64,000 nucleotides of DNA from Octopus bimaculoides. Its lineage: Eukaryota. The stretch is taken from contig NC_068982.1 of assembly GCF_001194135.2 (NCBI RefSeq), positions 35,710,167 through 35,774,166 on the forward strand. Reading direction: 5' to 3'. Below, piece after piece: positions 1 to 13,482 of the stretch (the first letter of the stretch is position 1; each line of letters starts with the position of its first letter). The translations under genes and the position numbers were made by a program. The notes below the pieces were generated by a model. It was not told the origin of the DNA. It did not search any database and saw only the letters and a program-made list of their open reading frames with translations.

Positions 1-126
1 TGTAGAAACTCTGCCAAATTAGACTGGAGCCTGGTGTTGCCATCCTGTTTCACCAGTCCTCAGTCAAATCGTCCAACCCATGCTAGCATGGAAAGCGGAC
101 GTTAAACGATGATGATGATGATGATG
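1..126 (+). mobile_element. 3' end of a SINE-like repeat family ending gttaaacg(atg)n
   Basis: same sequence recurs, mostly inverted, near 3490-3660, 10380-10470, 11020-11155, 12030-12240, 13483-13746, 24000-24160 and 46200-46385. Confidence 0.75.
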
Positions 127-839
127 ATATATATATATAACGTGAGAGAGTTAGGGGTTGGGGGTTCAACCCACTAAGGGATAGTATCTATCCAGTATAC
201 TACTGGGAGGGTACCCAATTATTGCTACGCTAGTGCTATACTAGGTGCAATCAATGGGAGCGGGTAAAAGTGGAGGTTTTACCCAAAATTTGCGTAACAA
301 TTAGAAAATGGAGGATAATATGCTGAACCCAACTACTTGCAGACGGTGTATCCCGTTGAATTGAAATATATAATATATACTTAATATAACACAACACCTA
401 TATATGTATATATATATATTTTTGTTTTTCCTGTATATGACTTTAAACTGCATCCAGTGGTTGGGCCTGGTTAAGGGAGTTCCAGGATTGAGGCGTGTGG
501 AGCCATCTCTTAGCCACTAATGTTCACAGGTCCACTCTGATCCTGAGTAGTAACACCTGTTAGGATCTTGTTATGGATTAATTAGCATGTGAACCAATGG
601 AAGTGAGAGACCCCTAGTTCTTAGAACTTCCTTCAAATAGAAGGGAATCTCATATAAAAAAACTCCTGAAATGTGGCTGGTTTCTGGTTGTCTCAACCTC
701 TGTTATGCCACTGGTTGCACTGCTTCAGATCTGCACGACATCCACTCAAAATGATTTCATGCATAAAAACTTCTTGGACTTAGTTGAATGCTTGCACAGA
801 CTTGATAAGTTAAGGAAATAATCATACTTGGGCATAAGT

Positions 840-1105
840 TGACTTCCAAACTTAGATATGTTTCGACCAAAGATAGGTCCGGGCCATGTCTAACTTAATA
901 GCGCCACCTGATAGGATTAGCTAAATCCTTTTTAAGTCATGTTTTGTGGTATCATGGTCCATTCGAGTAGAGAGTTCTTGTTGAGTGAGTTGTATTCAAG
1001 TATAGGTGGCTTATCTGGTATTCCTTGTATAAATTTGTCCAGATTCTGTTTAAAGGTGATAGGATCCTTTTCCTCTTTGATCTGTTTCGAGACAATGTTA
1101 AATAT
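840..1105 (-). mobile_element. 3' remnant of a non-LTR retrotransposon (LINE): RT C-terminus and 3'UTR
   Basis: minus ORF 932-1123 contains FKQNLDKFIQGIPDKP...NSLLEW, a typical post-RT C-terminal motif of invertebrate LINEs; clade not assignable by eye. Confidence 0.65.
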
Positions 1106-1421
1106 CATCCTCATCATCATCACTTAACTTTTGTTTTCCATGTTTTCATATATGGTATACACATGGGGAGGGACACTGAGAAATAAAGAGAAAGAATGGA
1201 GGCAAAATTTGATTGAGAGAAAGAGGTATGTGTGTATGAAGAAGAGAAGAAGTGGATAAAGGTGAGAATAATGAGAATGGGTGGAAGTAAAATGAATAAG
1301 AATACCTGAAAGAGACAAAATGAAACACAAAGAAAAATGAAGTGAGGCATGAAGCAAAATTAGTAAGAATTACTGAAAGGAGGCAGAATAAACCCTCTCG
1401 TTTCTGACAGGTACTACATTG

Positions 1422-1459
<38 letters not shown>

Positions 1460-2132
1460 NNNNNNNNNNNNNNNNNNNNNNNNNNNNNNNNNNNNNNNNN
1501 NNNNNNNNNNNNNNNNNNNNNNNNNNNNNNNNNNNNNNNNNNNNNNNNNNNNNNNNNNNNNNNNNNNNNNNNNNNNNNNNNNNNNNNNNNNNNNNNNNNN
1601 NNNNNNNNNNNNNNNNNNNNNNNNNNNNNNNNNNNNNNNNNNNNNNNNNNNNNNNNNNNNNNNNNNNNNNNNNNNNNNNNNNNNNNNNNNNNNNNNNNNN
1701 NNNNNNNNNNNNNNNNNNNNNNNNNNNNNNNNNNNNNNNNNNNNNNNNNNNNNNNNNNNNNNNNNNNNNNNNNNNNNNNNNNNNNNNNNNNNNNNNNNNN
1801 NNNNNNNNNNNNNNNNNNNNNNNNNNNNNNNNNNNNNNNNNNNNNNNNNNNNNNNNNNNNNNNNNNNNNNNNNNNNNNNNNNNNNNNNNNNNNNNNNNNN
1901 NNNNNNNNNNNNNNNNNNNNNNNNNNNNNNNNNNNNNNNNNNNNNNNNNNNNNNNNNNNNNNNNNNNNNNNNNNNNNNNNNNNNNNNNNNNNNNAGCAAA
2001 CAAGAATAAATTGAATATTTCAGTATATCACTACACGTTTTCATAGCATCTTTATTCCAAACACAAATACAATTGCATCACTTAATAGATAATATTATAA
2101 ATTATACTCCTCACCAATGATATATACAAACA

Positions 2133-2173
<41 letters not shown>

Positions 2174-2588
2174 CATACACATATATACATATTTACAAAA
2201 CATTTTAATATTATTGCTATATTAACACAAGGCAATGTTTGATAATATATTTTATTACCACACTGGTGTTTGAATAACATTTATTTTATATGCTGTCATA
2301 TAATAATTAATATTAACTATTTTAACAATATATACTATTATCACTCTGCTGTGTTTTCAATATTAATTATATCAGAAGTGCTCTTTCTAATTATTTCATT
2401 CTAACTGCTTGTTTGCTTACTCTTGGCTTTCTAAAATTTAATATTGACCATTTGAAATAGTCAGACTGAAGCTGGTTTGTCATCTGTTTTATTCTTTTAC
2501 TATATATATATATATATATATATAATGTAATATATATATGTATATATACATATAATGTATATATGAAATGCTATACATGATATATATG

Positions 2589-2636
<48 letters not shown>

Positions 2637-3191
2637 NNNNNNNNNNNNNNNNNNNNNNNNNNNNNNNNNNNNNNNNNNNNNNNNNNNNNNNNNNNNNNNN
2701 NNNNNNNNNNNNNNNNNNNNNNNNNNNNNNNNNNNNNNNNNNNNNNNNNNNNNNNNNNNNNNNNNNNNNNNNNNNNNNNNNNNNNNNNNNNNNNNNNNNN
2801 NNNNNNNNNNNNNNNNNNNNNNNNNNNNNNNNNNNNNNNNNNNNNNNNNNNNNNNNNNNNNNNNNNNNNNNNNNNNNNNNNNNNNNNNNNNNNNNNNNNN
2901 NNNNNNNNNNNNNNNNNNNNNNNNNNNNNNNNNNNNNNNNNNNNNNNNNNNNNNNNNNNNNNNNNNNNNNNNNNNNNNNNNNNNNNNNNNNNNNNNNNNN
3001 NNNNNNNNNNNNNNNNNNNNNNNNNNNNNNNNNNNNNNNNNNNNNNNNNNNNNNNNNNNNNNNNNNNNNNNNNNNNNNNNNNNNNNNNNNNNNNNNNNNN
3101 NNNNNNNNNNNNNNNNNNNNNNNNNNNNNNNNNNNNNNNNNNNNNNNNNNNNNNNNNNNNNNNNNNNNNNNNNNNNNNNNNNNNNNNNNNN

Positions 3192-3225
<34 letters not shown>

Positions 3226-3273
3226 ACTGCTTGATGACTCAGAAACTATCTTCATTGTGTATATTTAATTCAG

Positions 3274-3408
3274 GAGTGACTGTGGATTGCTCTCCAAATA
3301 AAGATGATGAGAAACCCTGTCATGTGAATGCAGTGTGCACTCAGATTGGTCACACGTACCGGTGCAAGTGTAAGGATGGTTATCGAGGCAATGGACGCTG
3401 GTGTCAAC
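3274..3408 (+). CDS. NELL2: NELL1/NELL2-like protein, internal exon, EGF-like repeat (GVTVDCSPNKDDEKPCHVNAVCTQIGHTYRCKCKDGYRGNGRWCQ)
   Basis: ttcag acceptor at 3272-3273 and gtaagt donor at 3409; 135 nt, phase 1-1; six-Cys EGF spacing; joins in frame to the 6139 exon (C|CT = Pro). Confidence 0.9.
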
Positions 3409-3716
3409 GTAAGTCTTGATATTAATTTTGATTCTCATTGCACTTATATGTATCATCATTGTCATCGTTATTATCATTATTATCATCATCATCATTTAAG
3501 GTCCATTTCCCATGTTGGTGTATGTTAGACTGTTTGACCAGAGCTGGTAAGCTGGAGAGCTGCACCTGGCTCCAGATGTCTGTTTTGGTTTGGCTTCCAT
3601 GACTGAATGCCCGTCCTAACAACAACTACTCTACAGAGTGAACTGGATGCCTTTTATGTGTCACTGGCACTGATCACTACCACAGTTTCACTTAGCAAAC
3701 CACCAGAAGACTCATA

Positions 3717-3875
3717 TATTGGTTTGTCCAGAAAGTTCATGCCGATTTTTTAAGGAAAGAAAAAGGTTGATAAATACTTGCCATTACATCTTTCATCAAC
3801 CAAATATGAACCATTTTGTTGCACAATGCATCTCCATCTTTCCTTTAACTTGAAAATACCATCTTCCCAGAATTA
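3717..3875 (-). mobile_element. Mariner 3'-terminal fragment with TIR
   Basis: tattggtttgtccagaaagttcatgccgatttt and caaccaaatatgaaccattttgttgcacaa match the reverse complement of the right end of the mariner at 54774-56037. Confidence 0.8.
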
Positions 3876-4781
3876 AATTGGTTTCATGGCAAATAAGTCG
3901 AAAGGTAAGCTACTATAAATCGGCACAAACTTTCCCGACAACCCAATACATACACATATATGTATACATATACACATGCATATCTCTGTATACATCATTA
4001 TCAACATCTTTTAATGTCTATGTTCCATGCTGGCTTGGTCTGGATGGTTTCACAGGATCCAGAGACAGCATTGTGTTCCGATGTCTGCTTTGGCATGGTT
4101 TCTATGGCTGGATGCCCTTCCTAATGCCAACCACTTTACAGTGTATACTGGGTGTTGTTCTCATGCTACCAGCATAACTGAGATCACAGCTTACAAGAGA
4201 GAATGTTGGCTTTATGCTTGTGAGCAAAGGGGCCCTGTGAAGCACATACCCACCTCAAGGAAAGAAGTGCACCCTTCTAAATATTGTTATTACACCCTTT
4301 TCTTCTGAAATTTTATTCCCTTCTGACTTTGTGCCCTCCCTTCGAAAAATTCCTGGAACTGACCTTGGAGTTAAAGCATGAGAAAAGGGTAGTGGGATAG
4401 AGCAGGTTCTTATGGAGGAATTGCATGGCTACTCATATTTACTACAAGAGGGAGAGAATGATCAGGTCAAGCTATGAAGAGATAAATGGTTGCAATGAGA
4501 TGTCCGAGTGGCCACTCAAAGCATGAGGTGAGTAAAAGTGGGTGTAGAGTTTGCAAGATTGTAAGGGAGTGGAAGATGAGGAAATGGGGAGGCAGACTAC
4601 AACTGTAAATTTTGTTGGGCTGAAGAGTGGATGACCGATGAGTCATGAGTTGGACAGACAAAAGCAGGGAGATAGTAATGATGATACAGTTGACAAGGGG
4701 AGGACAAAAGAGAGAAATAACATGCTGTTGGGTAGGCTACATGAGTAGTGGGGAGAGAATATGTGTATGTTTGTGTGTATG

Positions 4782-4815
<34 letters not shown>

Positions 4816-6138
4816 CGCACACATACATACATATATGTACACGCACACACATATATATATTTAGAGTTTATTTGACAGCTCTTCTGTTTTGTCTACCAGG
4901 CTATTCAAGGACTTTTATCCAATACACGTATGTGCACATGTATGTGAGTACATGTATGTATATGTACATAAAACAGGTGTATAAAAGCAAACAACACATT
5001 CCATGCAGTATATCACTAAATAGTTGACCACTTTTGTTTCTGCAACAATTCTACCCTTTTCACTTCTATACAGGGTGTCAAGCTATCAGTTGAATATTCA
5101 GTAGCTCATTTCCTGGCAAAGACTCATCTTTCAATAGCTCAATGCATCTAGATATAAGCAGATACAATGAATAGTTCTTCAGTTGTCTTTAACTGAAAGC
5201 ATTTAAACCGGCCATATCTGACCAACTATTCTGCATGTTTTATGTTCAAACTAGTTAGATCTGACCTCTAACATCTATCCTACAATATCATTCTAAATAT
5301 AAACAATCACATCATTAGAATCTTAAAACTACAAGATAATGTATGATTAATTTGAAAGAATTTGAATATAAGCATTACATTTTACAGAGAAATCTGAATG
5401 CTAAAGGGTTAATCAATAAGTTATCATACAACTGTCAGATTTTGGGGCAACTTTTTGTAAGAGGTGAAGCACCCGTTATGTTTTATAAACATTGAACTGT
5501 TAGACTAAAATCCTCATCTCAAACCTTCCTTGGAATACAGTTTAGAGGGGATTGCTTGATTATGATAGTTATGTCTAGATATATAACCCCTTTGTTACCA
5601 TATTCCTGTTGAAATACACTGTCTTTCATTCAATTAATTTTGAAAATAATGAAGAATTTAGTAAAATAACTTTTGTTGTTATTAAGCTGGTGTTTGAAAC
5701 ATAAATTAACATGAAATTTTGAGGATGGTTTTAATTTAGAACACTTTAAAAACAGGAAGTTTGTTTCCTAGAACCAGGGTGATTTCAAGTCAGTTGGTAT
5801 CAAAAGGGATAAACTACAACCAAGATAAAGTTTTCAGTATTGTCCAAATAATGCAATGAATTTGACAGAACATTTATCCCAAATATTTGATGGTAAAAAA
5901 AGCTATCTCTATTTTTGTAAACATTACTAGTTATTTATTAGTCAAGTTTGATGCTTCAGTATAAGTTGATTTTAGATTCCAGACAGCCCCATGATGATGT
6001 TTTGAGTAAATTTTCCTTGTAGCTTGCAAACATATGCGTATCTCTGGACATTATTTTACTTCACAAATATTTTTTTTCAAGCCACTAATTGTTTTATATC
6101 GCAAATTATTCATACTTTCATTATATTCGTTTATACAG

Positions 6139-6234
6139 CTGTATGTGAGTCTGAGTGTAAAAATGGTGGTCGCTGCATTGCTCCAAATAAATGTGAATGC
6201 CGATATGGATATGTGGGTAAATATTGTGAAAATG
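6139..6234 (+). CDS. NELL2: NELL-like exon, EGF repeat ([32 protein letters not shown])
   Basis: tacag / gtaagt boundaries; 96 nt, phase 1-1; resembles the vertebrate NELL CxNGGxCIAxNxCxC repeat. Confidence 0.93.
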
Positions 6235-7097
6235 GTAAGTTTCTTCACTAAAATTTCAAATGTTTCTATTGTTCTGGAATGTGACTCAAGGAAAATTCTT
6301 TGTTGAAAATTGATATTAAAATTAACCTCTCTTGTTGTAAATAATAAATTATTTAAGCCTACATTTTTTTATATTACACCCTGCAAGAAGCAAATTTCCA
6401 TATTCATATCATTTTGGTGTGGCTGACATCAAATTAACTGCCATCAAATTCATCATGCCATATTAAATGTTTAATAGAATACAGAATATTTTCCTATATA
6501 CTGTTTTTCTGACATACAAGTTAAAATAGAATATAGTGTAAACATGTAGTGTAACATTCAAATATTGTGACTAACTTTCCAAATCCTGAAGTATTTTACA
6601 TACATTTTTGTTTTTGGTCCTCCAAAGTTGTCTTGCTGTATAAGTTGACCTACCTTTTTTGGTCAGAAAAATTCAACTTATATGTGGGAAAATATGGTAT
6701 GACTTAAAACAGAATTTAGTTTTAAAATGTTATAATTTATATAATCACCAGGGCTGTCTTAGTAACAGTATAGGCCCCTGAACAAATCAGTGTCTTGAGC
6801 CCTATATTTATTTGCTGAGAGCAAGCCACAGCATACAAGGATCTGAATTGAGCCCTTTAAACTGTGGGTCCCCTGGGAAGCTACCCAGTTTGCCAATGCC
6901 TTAAGATAGCAATATAACCACCCCAAACTGACAGAGAAGCTCTTATTTACTTTATTTTCTATGTCTTCCTCTTTCCTTTTCTTTTATTTTCCTTACACTT
7001 GCCTCTATATACATCTCTTTCCCATGTTGAAAATCTTTCCAATGAGCTTTTACTGTATTTTAGTTGTTTCATTGTATGTTCCATCATTTTGTTTCAG

Positions 7098-7241
7098 ATA
7101 TCAATGAATGTAAACTGGGTATTGATGCCTGTCAGGGCCAGTCAGAATGTGTCAACATTCCTGGATGGTACTACTGCCGTTGCAAACAGGGATATGATAG
7201 CTCTTGGCATCAACACTCCATGTATGGCTTGCAGTGTGCAG
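7098..7241 (+). CDS. NELL2: NELL-like exon, calcium-binding EGF (DINECKLGIDACQGQSECVNIPGWYYCRCKQGYDSSWHQHSMYGLQCA)
   Basis: tttcag / gtaatt boundaries; 144 nt, phase 1-1; D-I-N-E-C start; CVNIPGWYYC matches the NELL CINLPGWYHC motif. Confidence 0.95.
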
Positions 7242-7666
7242 GTAATTTACATTTTCATCAACATCCATTTTCATTGTCATATTGTCCATATTTTCCCAGA
7301 AACCAATTGTTAGTGAATAATAAATTAGAATAAATTATATAGGTTTATCAGTGAAAAGAATGAATTTATACTATATTTCAATTGTTATGTATTTCAGTCA
7401 TCTCTGGAAGAAGTACATCCATCCTCATTTATCATGGGGCATGGGTTAGAAAAAACACACAGTAATAAATTAATCATCTCCATTCAGTTTGTGACTAGAA
7501 GAAATGGCAGATTCCTTGACACCAAACTCCTAGCCAGCAGTAACAAAGCTTCCAATGCCATGTATTTTCCTGTGGAGAATTGACTTCTCTGCATTATTTG
7601 TTAAGATCAGGTTCCTTTGTATTTTTGTCTCCTTAAAATTATGGACCTTGCAACAAAATTTGAAAC

Positions 7667-7724
<58 letters not shown>

Positions 7725-8160
7725 TTAAGATTGTTAGCTGGCAGAACTTTCAGCATGTCAGTCAAAATGCTTAGTGGTATTTCTTCCGGTTTTACATTCC
7801 GAGTTCAAATGCCACCGAAGTCAACTTTGCTTTTTCATCCTTTCAAGGTCAATGAAATACATACCAGTTGAGCACTGGGTTCAATCTAATCAGCTAGCCT
7901 CCTCCTCCAAAATTACTGGCCTTGTAACAAAATTTGAAACTATTATTTTATGGTGGCAAGCTGGCGAAATTGTTACAATGCTAGGAAAAATGTTTAGTAG
8001 CATTTTGTACATCTCTATGCTTTGAGTTCAAATTCTGCTGAGCTCCACTTTGCCTTTTATCCTTTCAGGATCTATAAAATAAGTACCAGTTGTCACTGGG
8101 GTCAATGTAATCGACTTGCCCCCCCCCCCAACCTTGCTGGCCTTGTACCAAAATTTGAAA

Positions 8161-8207
<47 letters not shown>

Positions 8208-8452
8208 TTCATTATTAAGGCAACAAACTCTCAGAACCATTAAGCATGCCAGGTAAAATGCTTAGAGGCATTTAGTCTGTCTCTACATTCTGAGTTCAAA
8301 TTCCACCATGGTTGACTTTGTCTTTCATCCTTCCAGGGTCAATAAAATAAGTACCAGTTGAACACTGGGGGTCGATGTAATCAACTTGTCCCCTTCCCTA
8401 AAATCGCTGGCCTATGCTGAAATTTTAAATTATTATTATTATTATTTTTCAG

Positions 8453-8569
8453 ATTTGAATGAATGTTTGGGTGAGGGAGATGGCCATACTTGCCATCCAA
8501 GCACTAAGTGCTATAATACTGATGGCAGCTATGAATGTCGTTGTAAATACAAGGATGACTGCTCTCACG
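8453..8569 (+). CDS. NELL2: NELL-like exon, calcium-binding EGF (DLNECLGEGDGHTCHPSTKCYNTDGSYECRCKYKDDCSH)
   Basis: ttttcag / gtaatt boundaries; 117 nt, phase 1-1; short C5-C6 loop as in the last NELL EGF repeat. Confidence 0.93.
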
Positions 8570-10530
8570 GTAATTAAAATTCATATTTATTTTTTAATTG
8601 TTTCGTTAAGGATTTCACCTGAAATCATAGTATTGAAATTACTATTGTTATATTTCTTGGTAATTAAAACACTCGTTATGTATAATCACTTATGTATTAC
8701 GCTGATTTGATTAATGACTGTACCAAATTCCTTAAGGCATTAATCTGAGAACAGTAGTAGTAGTAGTAGTAGTCACTGCCGCCGCCGTCGTCATTGCAGC
8801 AGCAGCGGCAGTGGCAGTAACATCTCCACCACCACCACTTTTACTACTGCTACTATTGCAATTATACTGGCAGCAGTGATAGTTGTAGTAGCAGCAGTAG
8901 TTATTCTGCTTGTTGTTGTCGTCCATTATTATCACTATTACTATTATTGTCACTATTTAGCTCAAACTTTTTCTTATCAGGCTGACCTATAGGTCAGCCT
9001 GATTAGAGCTGGCTTGAGCTCTAGCCATGCCATTTTAGGGACATTGACAGCTACATTACCCCAATGTATTTTTTCCATATTTAAAATTATAGAGTGTTTT
9101 GAAGCCTATTTGGCTGCTATTTCTAACAAGTTGAGCAACTGAGTAGAGGCTTCCCTCATTGACTTACAGTTGTGTTTTTCTTTGGGAGTAACAAAAGAAG
9201 ATGGTATAATATTTTAAGTTTCTTAGGTGTAATGTCTGCGTATTAATGTTGTTGTTCTTTAGCCAAAGGGTCAGTTATGAGCAAACCATCGTTTTTAAGG
9301 TGAGGCATACATCAGAGACAACAAATTGGTTGAATTATTAAACTGTCATGCAGTATTTGTTTTTGCCCCTCTACATCCTGAGTTCAAATCTCACCAAGGT
9401 CAATGTAGCTTGCTTTTCATGCTTCAAGCCAGTCAGTAAATTGGTAGAGTTGTTAAAGTGTCATACAAAATAAATTGCTGCATTTGATCCTGTTCTTTAT
9501 GTTGTAATTCCAGAGATTTCAATGTTGTGATTGTATTTTTTGAATGACATTGTAGGGAAGGTGTGAGAGGTCATAAAACAGGTAGAATATTTGGGCCGGA
9601 TATGGCCAGTTTAAATGCTAAAGTGTGTTATTTGAGAGAGATTTGATTGTTATTTCTGGCTCATCTATTCATGTCAAACCCTCCAACCCATGCCAGCATG
9701 GAAAAAAGGACGTTAGGTGATGATGGTGATGATGATGACGACGACAACGATGATATATACCCAGTCTGGTTTTCTTCTCATAAAACTTATTTAGCTATCT
9801 GAGATATGTTAGAATAAAAAGCAGATTTACTACTATGAGATTTGGGCATGTAATTCGTAGACATTTGACCAATTTGCCAACTTGAATAAATAAAATGTGT
9901 GAGGAATAGAGGGTTAGTTTATGTGATATTCTGAAATTGGAGGAATCAATGATTGAAATATACAATTGATGCAAATCCTTCTTAAATCAATAATAAATAC
10001 AAAATCAACTGAACATTAGCATGAAGTGTCAAAAGAGATTGATAGTTGATTTCTGTAGATGTTCAATTTTTGTGGAGCTTGCAGCTAACTCTACTCTAAG
10101 CTCTGAGTATGAAATCTGTAAATTAATTCATAAATGGTTTATCCAGCTGCAGAGAAATATCTCCTATTCCCTTAGATTCTATGGGAACTAGGATAAGCTT
10201 CCTTGCAATGAGGCTAAATATATATATTTGTCTTAGGTTGAATATATACATAGATTCTGTGGTGTGTTACATAATTATTTTCATACATTTACCACCAAGA
10301 TTATATTATCGAAGGCAATCCAATCCAACTAGACCAAAATTACAAAGCTTCATTGTCAGGCCCACACACTTTCCTGACAGTTCATCATCATCATTTTAAC
10401 ATCAATTTTCCATGCTAGCATGTGTTGGACAGGTTGACAAGAGCTGATAAAGCCAGGGGCTGTACCCGGATCCATTATAACATCAAATTTATTTTAGAAC
10501 AATTTAAACACATATATATATAATATTATA

Positions 10531-10572
<42 letters not shown>

Positions 10573-10574
<2 letters not shown>

Positions 10575-10970
10575 TGCAGGAGTGGCTGTGTGGTAAGTAG
10601 CTTGTTTACCAACCACATGGTTCCGGGTTCAGTCCCACTGCGTGGCACCTTGGGCAAGTGTTTTCTACTATAGCCTCAGGCCAGCCAAATCCTTGTGAGT
10701 GGGTTTGGTAGACGAAACCTGAAAGAACCCCGTCGTATATATGTATGTGTGTGTATATGTTTGTGTGTCTGTGTTTGTCCTCCCAACATCGCTTGACAAC
10801 CGATGGTGGTGTGTTTACGTCCCCGTAACTTAGAGGCTTGGGAAAAGAGACCAATAGAATAAGTACCAGGCTTACAAAGAATAAGTCCTGGGGCCAATTT
10901 GCTCGACTAAAGGCGATACTCCACCATGGCCGCAGTCAAATGACTGAAACAAGTAAAAGAATAAAGAGAA
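10573..10970 (+). mobile_element. tRNA-derived SINE, family 1, near full-length representative copy
   Basis: A-box-like tggctgtgtgg, B-box-like gggttcagtccc, internal (TG)n and A-rich tail. Other copies near 21340-21600(-), 21775-22180(+), 22845-23255(-), 24480-24735(-), 39880-40260(-), 40800-41210(-), 41690-42180(-), 48573-49010(+), 58735-59540(-). Confidence 0.85.
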
Positions 10971-12714
10971 TATAATATAATATGTATGTATATATATATA
11001 TCATCATCATCATCATCATCATCGTTTATCGTCCGCTTTCCATGCTAGCATGGGTTGGACGATTTGACTGAGGACTGGTGCAACCGGATGGCTACACCAA
11101 GCTCCAATCTAAATTTGGCAGAGTTTCTACAGCTGGATGCCCTTCCTAACGCCAACACACACACACATTAATACAGAATTAATTAACTCACATACTGTAT
11201 AGCATGTTAAATAATTATTCTCTACAGCAGATATTCTAGCTCAGCAGATATAACAGATAGTTTATATTCATTTATTATGGACGTTAGTGATCAATAATTT
11301 TATTTATAATAATTATAATAAATGAGATGTAACTGGGAAGATCAATTCACAACTGCCAGCCTTACTTACTTTTCTTTGAACTGAAGACACAAAGTGTTGG
11401 TGTGATATTTTCAAAGATTTTGAGCAGTCTGATTCCTCTAGTTTTATTGTTATTGTTGTTGTTGTTGTTGTTATTGTTTAGATCCAGCAGATTTATCTTC
11501 AAAAGCATTTCAGCCATGACTAAACTGTCTTTTATTCAGGAATAGTGTATCTAGGACTATATTACTACATTAGCCAATGTATCTTTTCTAGGTTTTTTTT
11601 TTTAAACTGCACAGTGTAATTTGAGGGAGGTTTTGGCTGCTGTTTCTTGCAGAATGAGTGACCACATACAGACTTCCTCATTGGTTTGCTATCTATATAT
11701 TATACAGTACTGTCTTTCTCCACTCTGGTTAGTTCTTTCATGGCATCACTCCAGCAAGTAATTTCTTTCCATATCCTGGTATTAATGGCAACTGAGATTA
11801 TACATACATGTGTCTGTTTTGTTTTGTTGTTTGTTTGTTTTTATGTACAAGGCTGATTTCTTTATTTTGGAAACTACAAAATACAAACACATAATTAATG
11901 TCTTTTAGATAGTAGATAAATATTTAGTAACATTTTTAAATAGAAATACATGCCAATTCTCCCAACACATACACACGGATACATACATGTATGCATGCAG
12001 ACAGACAGGTGGTCATAAACATATCTTCATAATCATTTAACGTCCACTTTCCATGCTAGCATGGGTTAGGCAATTTGACAGGATCTGGCAAGCTGCAAGG
12101 CCACACCAAGCTCCTCTGTTTGCTTTGGTATGATTTCTATGGTTGGATATCCTTCCTAAGGTCAACCACTTTACAGAGTGTACTGGGAGCTTTTTTTTTT
12201 TTTTTGTGCCACCAGCTCTAGTGAGGTTACCAAGTATTTTGCCCAATAGAAAAAGATTAGGGAAAAATGAAATAGGAGAAGCAGGAGAGCTCCTATTACT
12301 ACATAACATGTATAAGATGTCCAATAATTAACTATTTATTTCAGTGAAATGAGACAAATTTTTAAAAACTCACTTTTATGTTTATCATGTTTAATATGTG
12401 TTAAAGTGTATAAATTTTTAATTTTGTTAATAATTTTTTTTTTTTATAATTTTATTTTCATTCCTATTGAATCCCACTTTTCTGTCCACAACACCTTTTT
12501 TTTTTTTTTTTTTTTTTTTCAATTTGGCTGGAATCATTTTCTCAACCTTCATNNNNNNNNNNNNNNNNNNNNNNNNNNNNNNNNNNNNNNNNNNNNNNNN
12601 NNNNNNNNNNNNNNNNNNNNNNNNNNNNNNNNNNNNNNNNNNNNNNNNNNNNNNNNNNNNNNNNNNTTTTTTTTTTTTTTTTTTTTTTTTCAATTTGGCT
12701 GGAATCATTTTCTC

Positions 12715-13007
12715 AACCTTCATCCCCAGGAAGAAGCGATAGTTTAGCTGAACTTAAAGAACACATTCAGTTAACAATGCAGGAGATAACTCCTGAAAGA
12801 CTTCATGATGTGCTTCACAACACTAAGGATAAATTTGAAATTTGCAAGGATACAGATGGAGCACATGTTGAAAATTTTCAATAGTTTTGACATAAGATTT
12901 ATAAATCTATTTGTTTTGGTATCATAATTAAATAATAAAACTCTGTCAGTTTTTTATAAAATTTGACCAATTACATTGAAATAGATAGCTAATTCTGGGA
13001 CACTGTA
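12715..13007 (+). mobile_element. Degenerate Tc1/mariner-superfamily 3' fragment
   Basis: frame SLAELKEHIQLTMQEITPERLHDVLHNTKDKFEICKDTDGAHVENFQ* resembles DD-E/D transposase C-termini; ends in ...cactgTA like a Tc1 TIR. Confidence 0.55.
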
Positions 13008-13149
13008 TTTGGCAGGGAAAAGTAGTTTTGTGCTAGGTGTTGAAATACTAAAGGGACAAGTACAGGTGTCTTGATAATTTTACTTACATTTTTGTATCCT
13101 TCTCACAAGTTTGCTTTTACATATTATTACTGTATATTTATCTTTATAG

Positions 13150-13232
13150 GTTGTATATTTGAAGGGTATTACCATGAAAACAATTCCAGATGGATTTCTG
13201 AAATTGATGTGTGCTCAGATTGTAGTTGCAAA
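13150..13232 (+). CDS. NELL2: NELL-like exon, first half of a VWC domain (GCIFEGYYHENNSRWISEIDVCSDCSCK)
   Basis: ttatag / gtaagt boundaries; 83 nt, phase 1-0; C..W..CxxCxC VWC pattern. Too short for the ORF track; found by reading the sequence. Confidence 0.9.
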
Positions 13233-13482
13233 GTAAGTTAAAATTAACCACTCCTTACCTTCTTTCACCTTTGATTATAACAGTGTTGTTGTTCAGTTCT
13301 ATATTTAAGAGATGAGGAATTATGTACATTATTTACATTCGACAGATATTTGTCCTCATCTTGTTTGTTGTTAACACAACGTTTCGGCTGATATACCCAC
13401 GGGCATATGGCATAGTGGTTAAGAGCACGGGCTACTAACCCCAAGATTCCAAGTTCGATTCCAAGCAGTGACTTGAACAATA

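Noticed and set aside
560-800. Possible degenerate Penelope GIY-YIG fragment (HLHDI-like remnant)
   Set aside because: Similarity is a few codons across frameshifts; too weak to call without a profile search.
1146-3255. Long ORFs rich in X, YIYI, CVCV or THTH (also near 18-19.5, 35-36.8, 50.6-51.1 and 57-59.2 kb)
   Set aside because: They are translations of N-gaps and dinucleotide microsatellites, not genes.
8755-8960. Poly-Ala/Thr/Gly ORF (8732-8953 minus)
   Set aside because: Mixed trinucleotide low-complexity tract inside a NELL intron.
12467-12722. Exact direct repeat (poly-T + caatttggctggaatcattttctcaaccttcat) on both sides of a 114-N gap
   Set aside because: Typical contig-end overlap at a scaffold gap; most likely an assembly artefact.
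13401-13470. Functional tRNA gene (also the heads at 10573, 49121 and 60968)
   Set aside because: A and B boxes are present but there is no complete acceptor stem or cloverleaf, and each continues into a repeat body; these are SINE heads.
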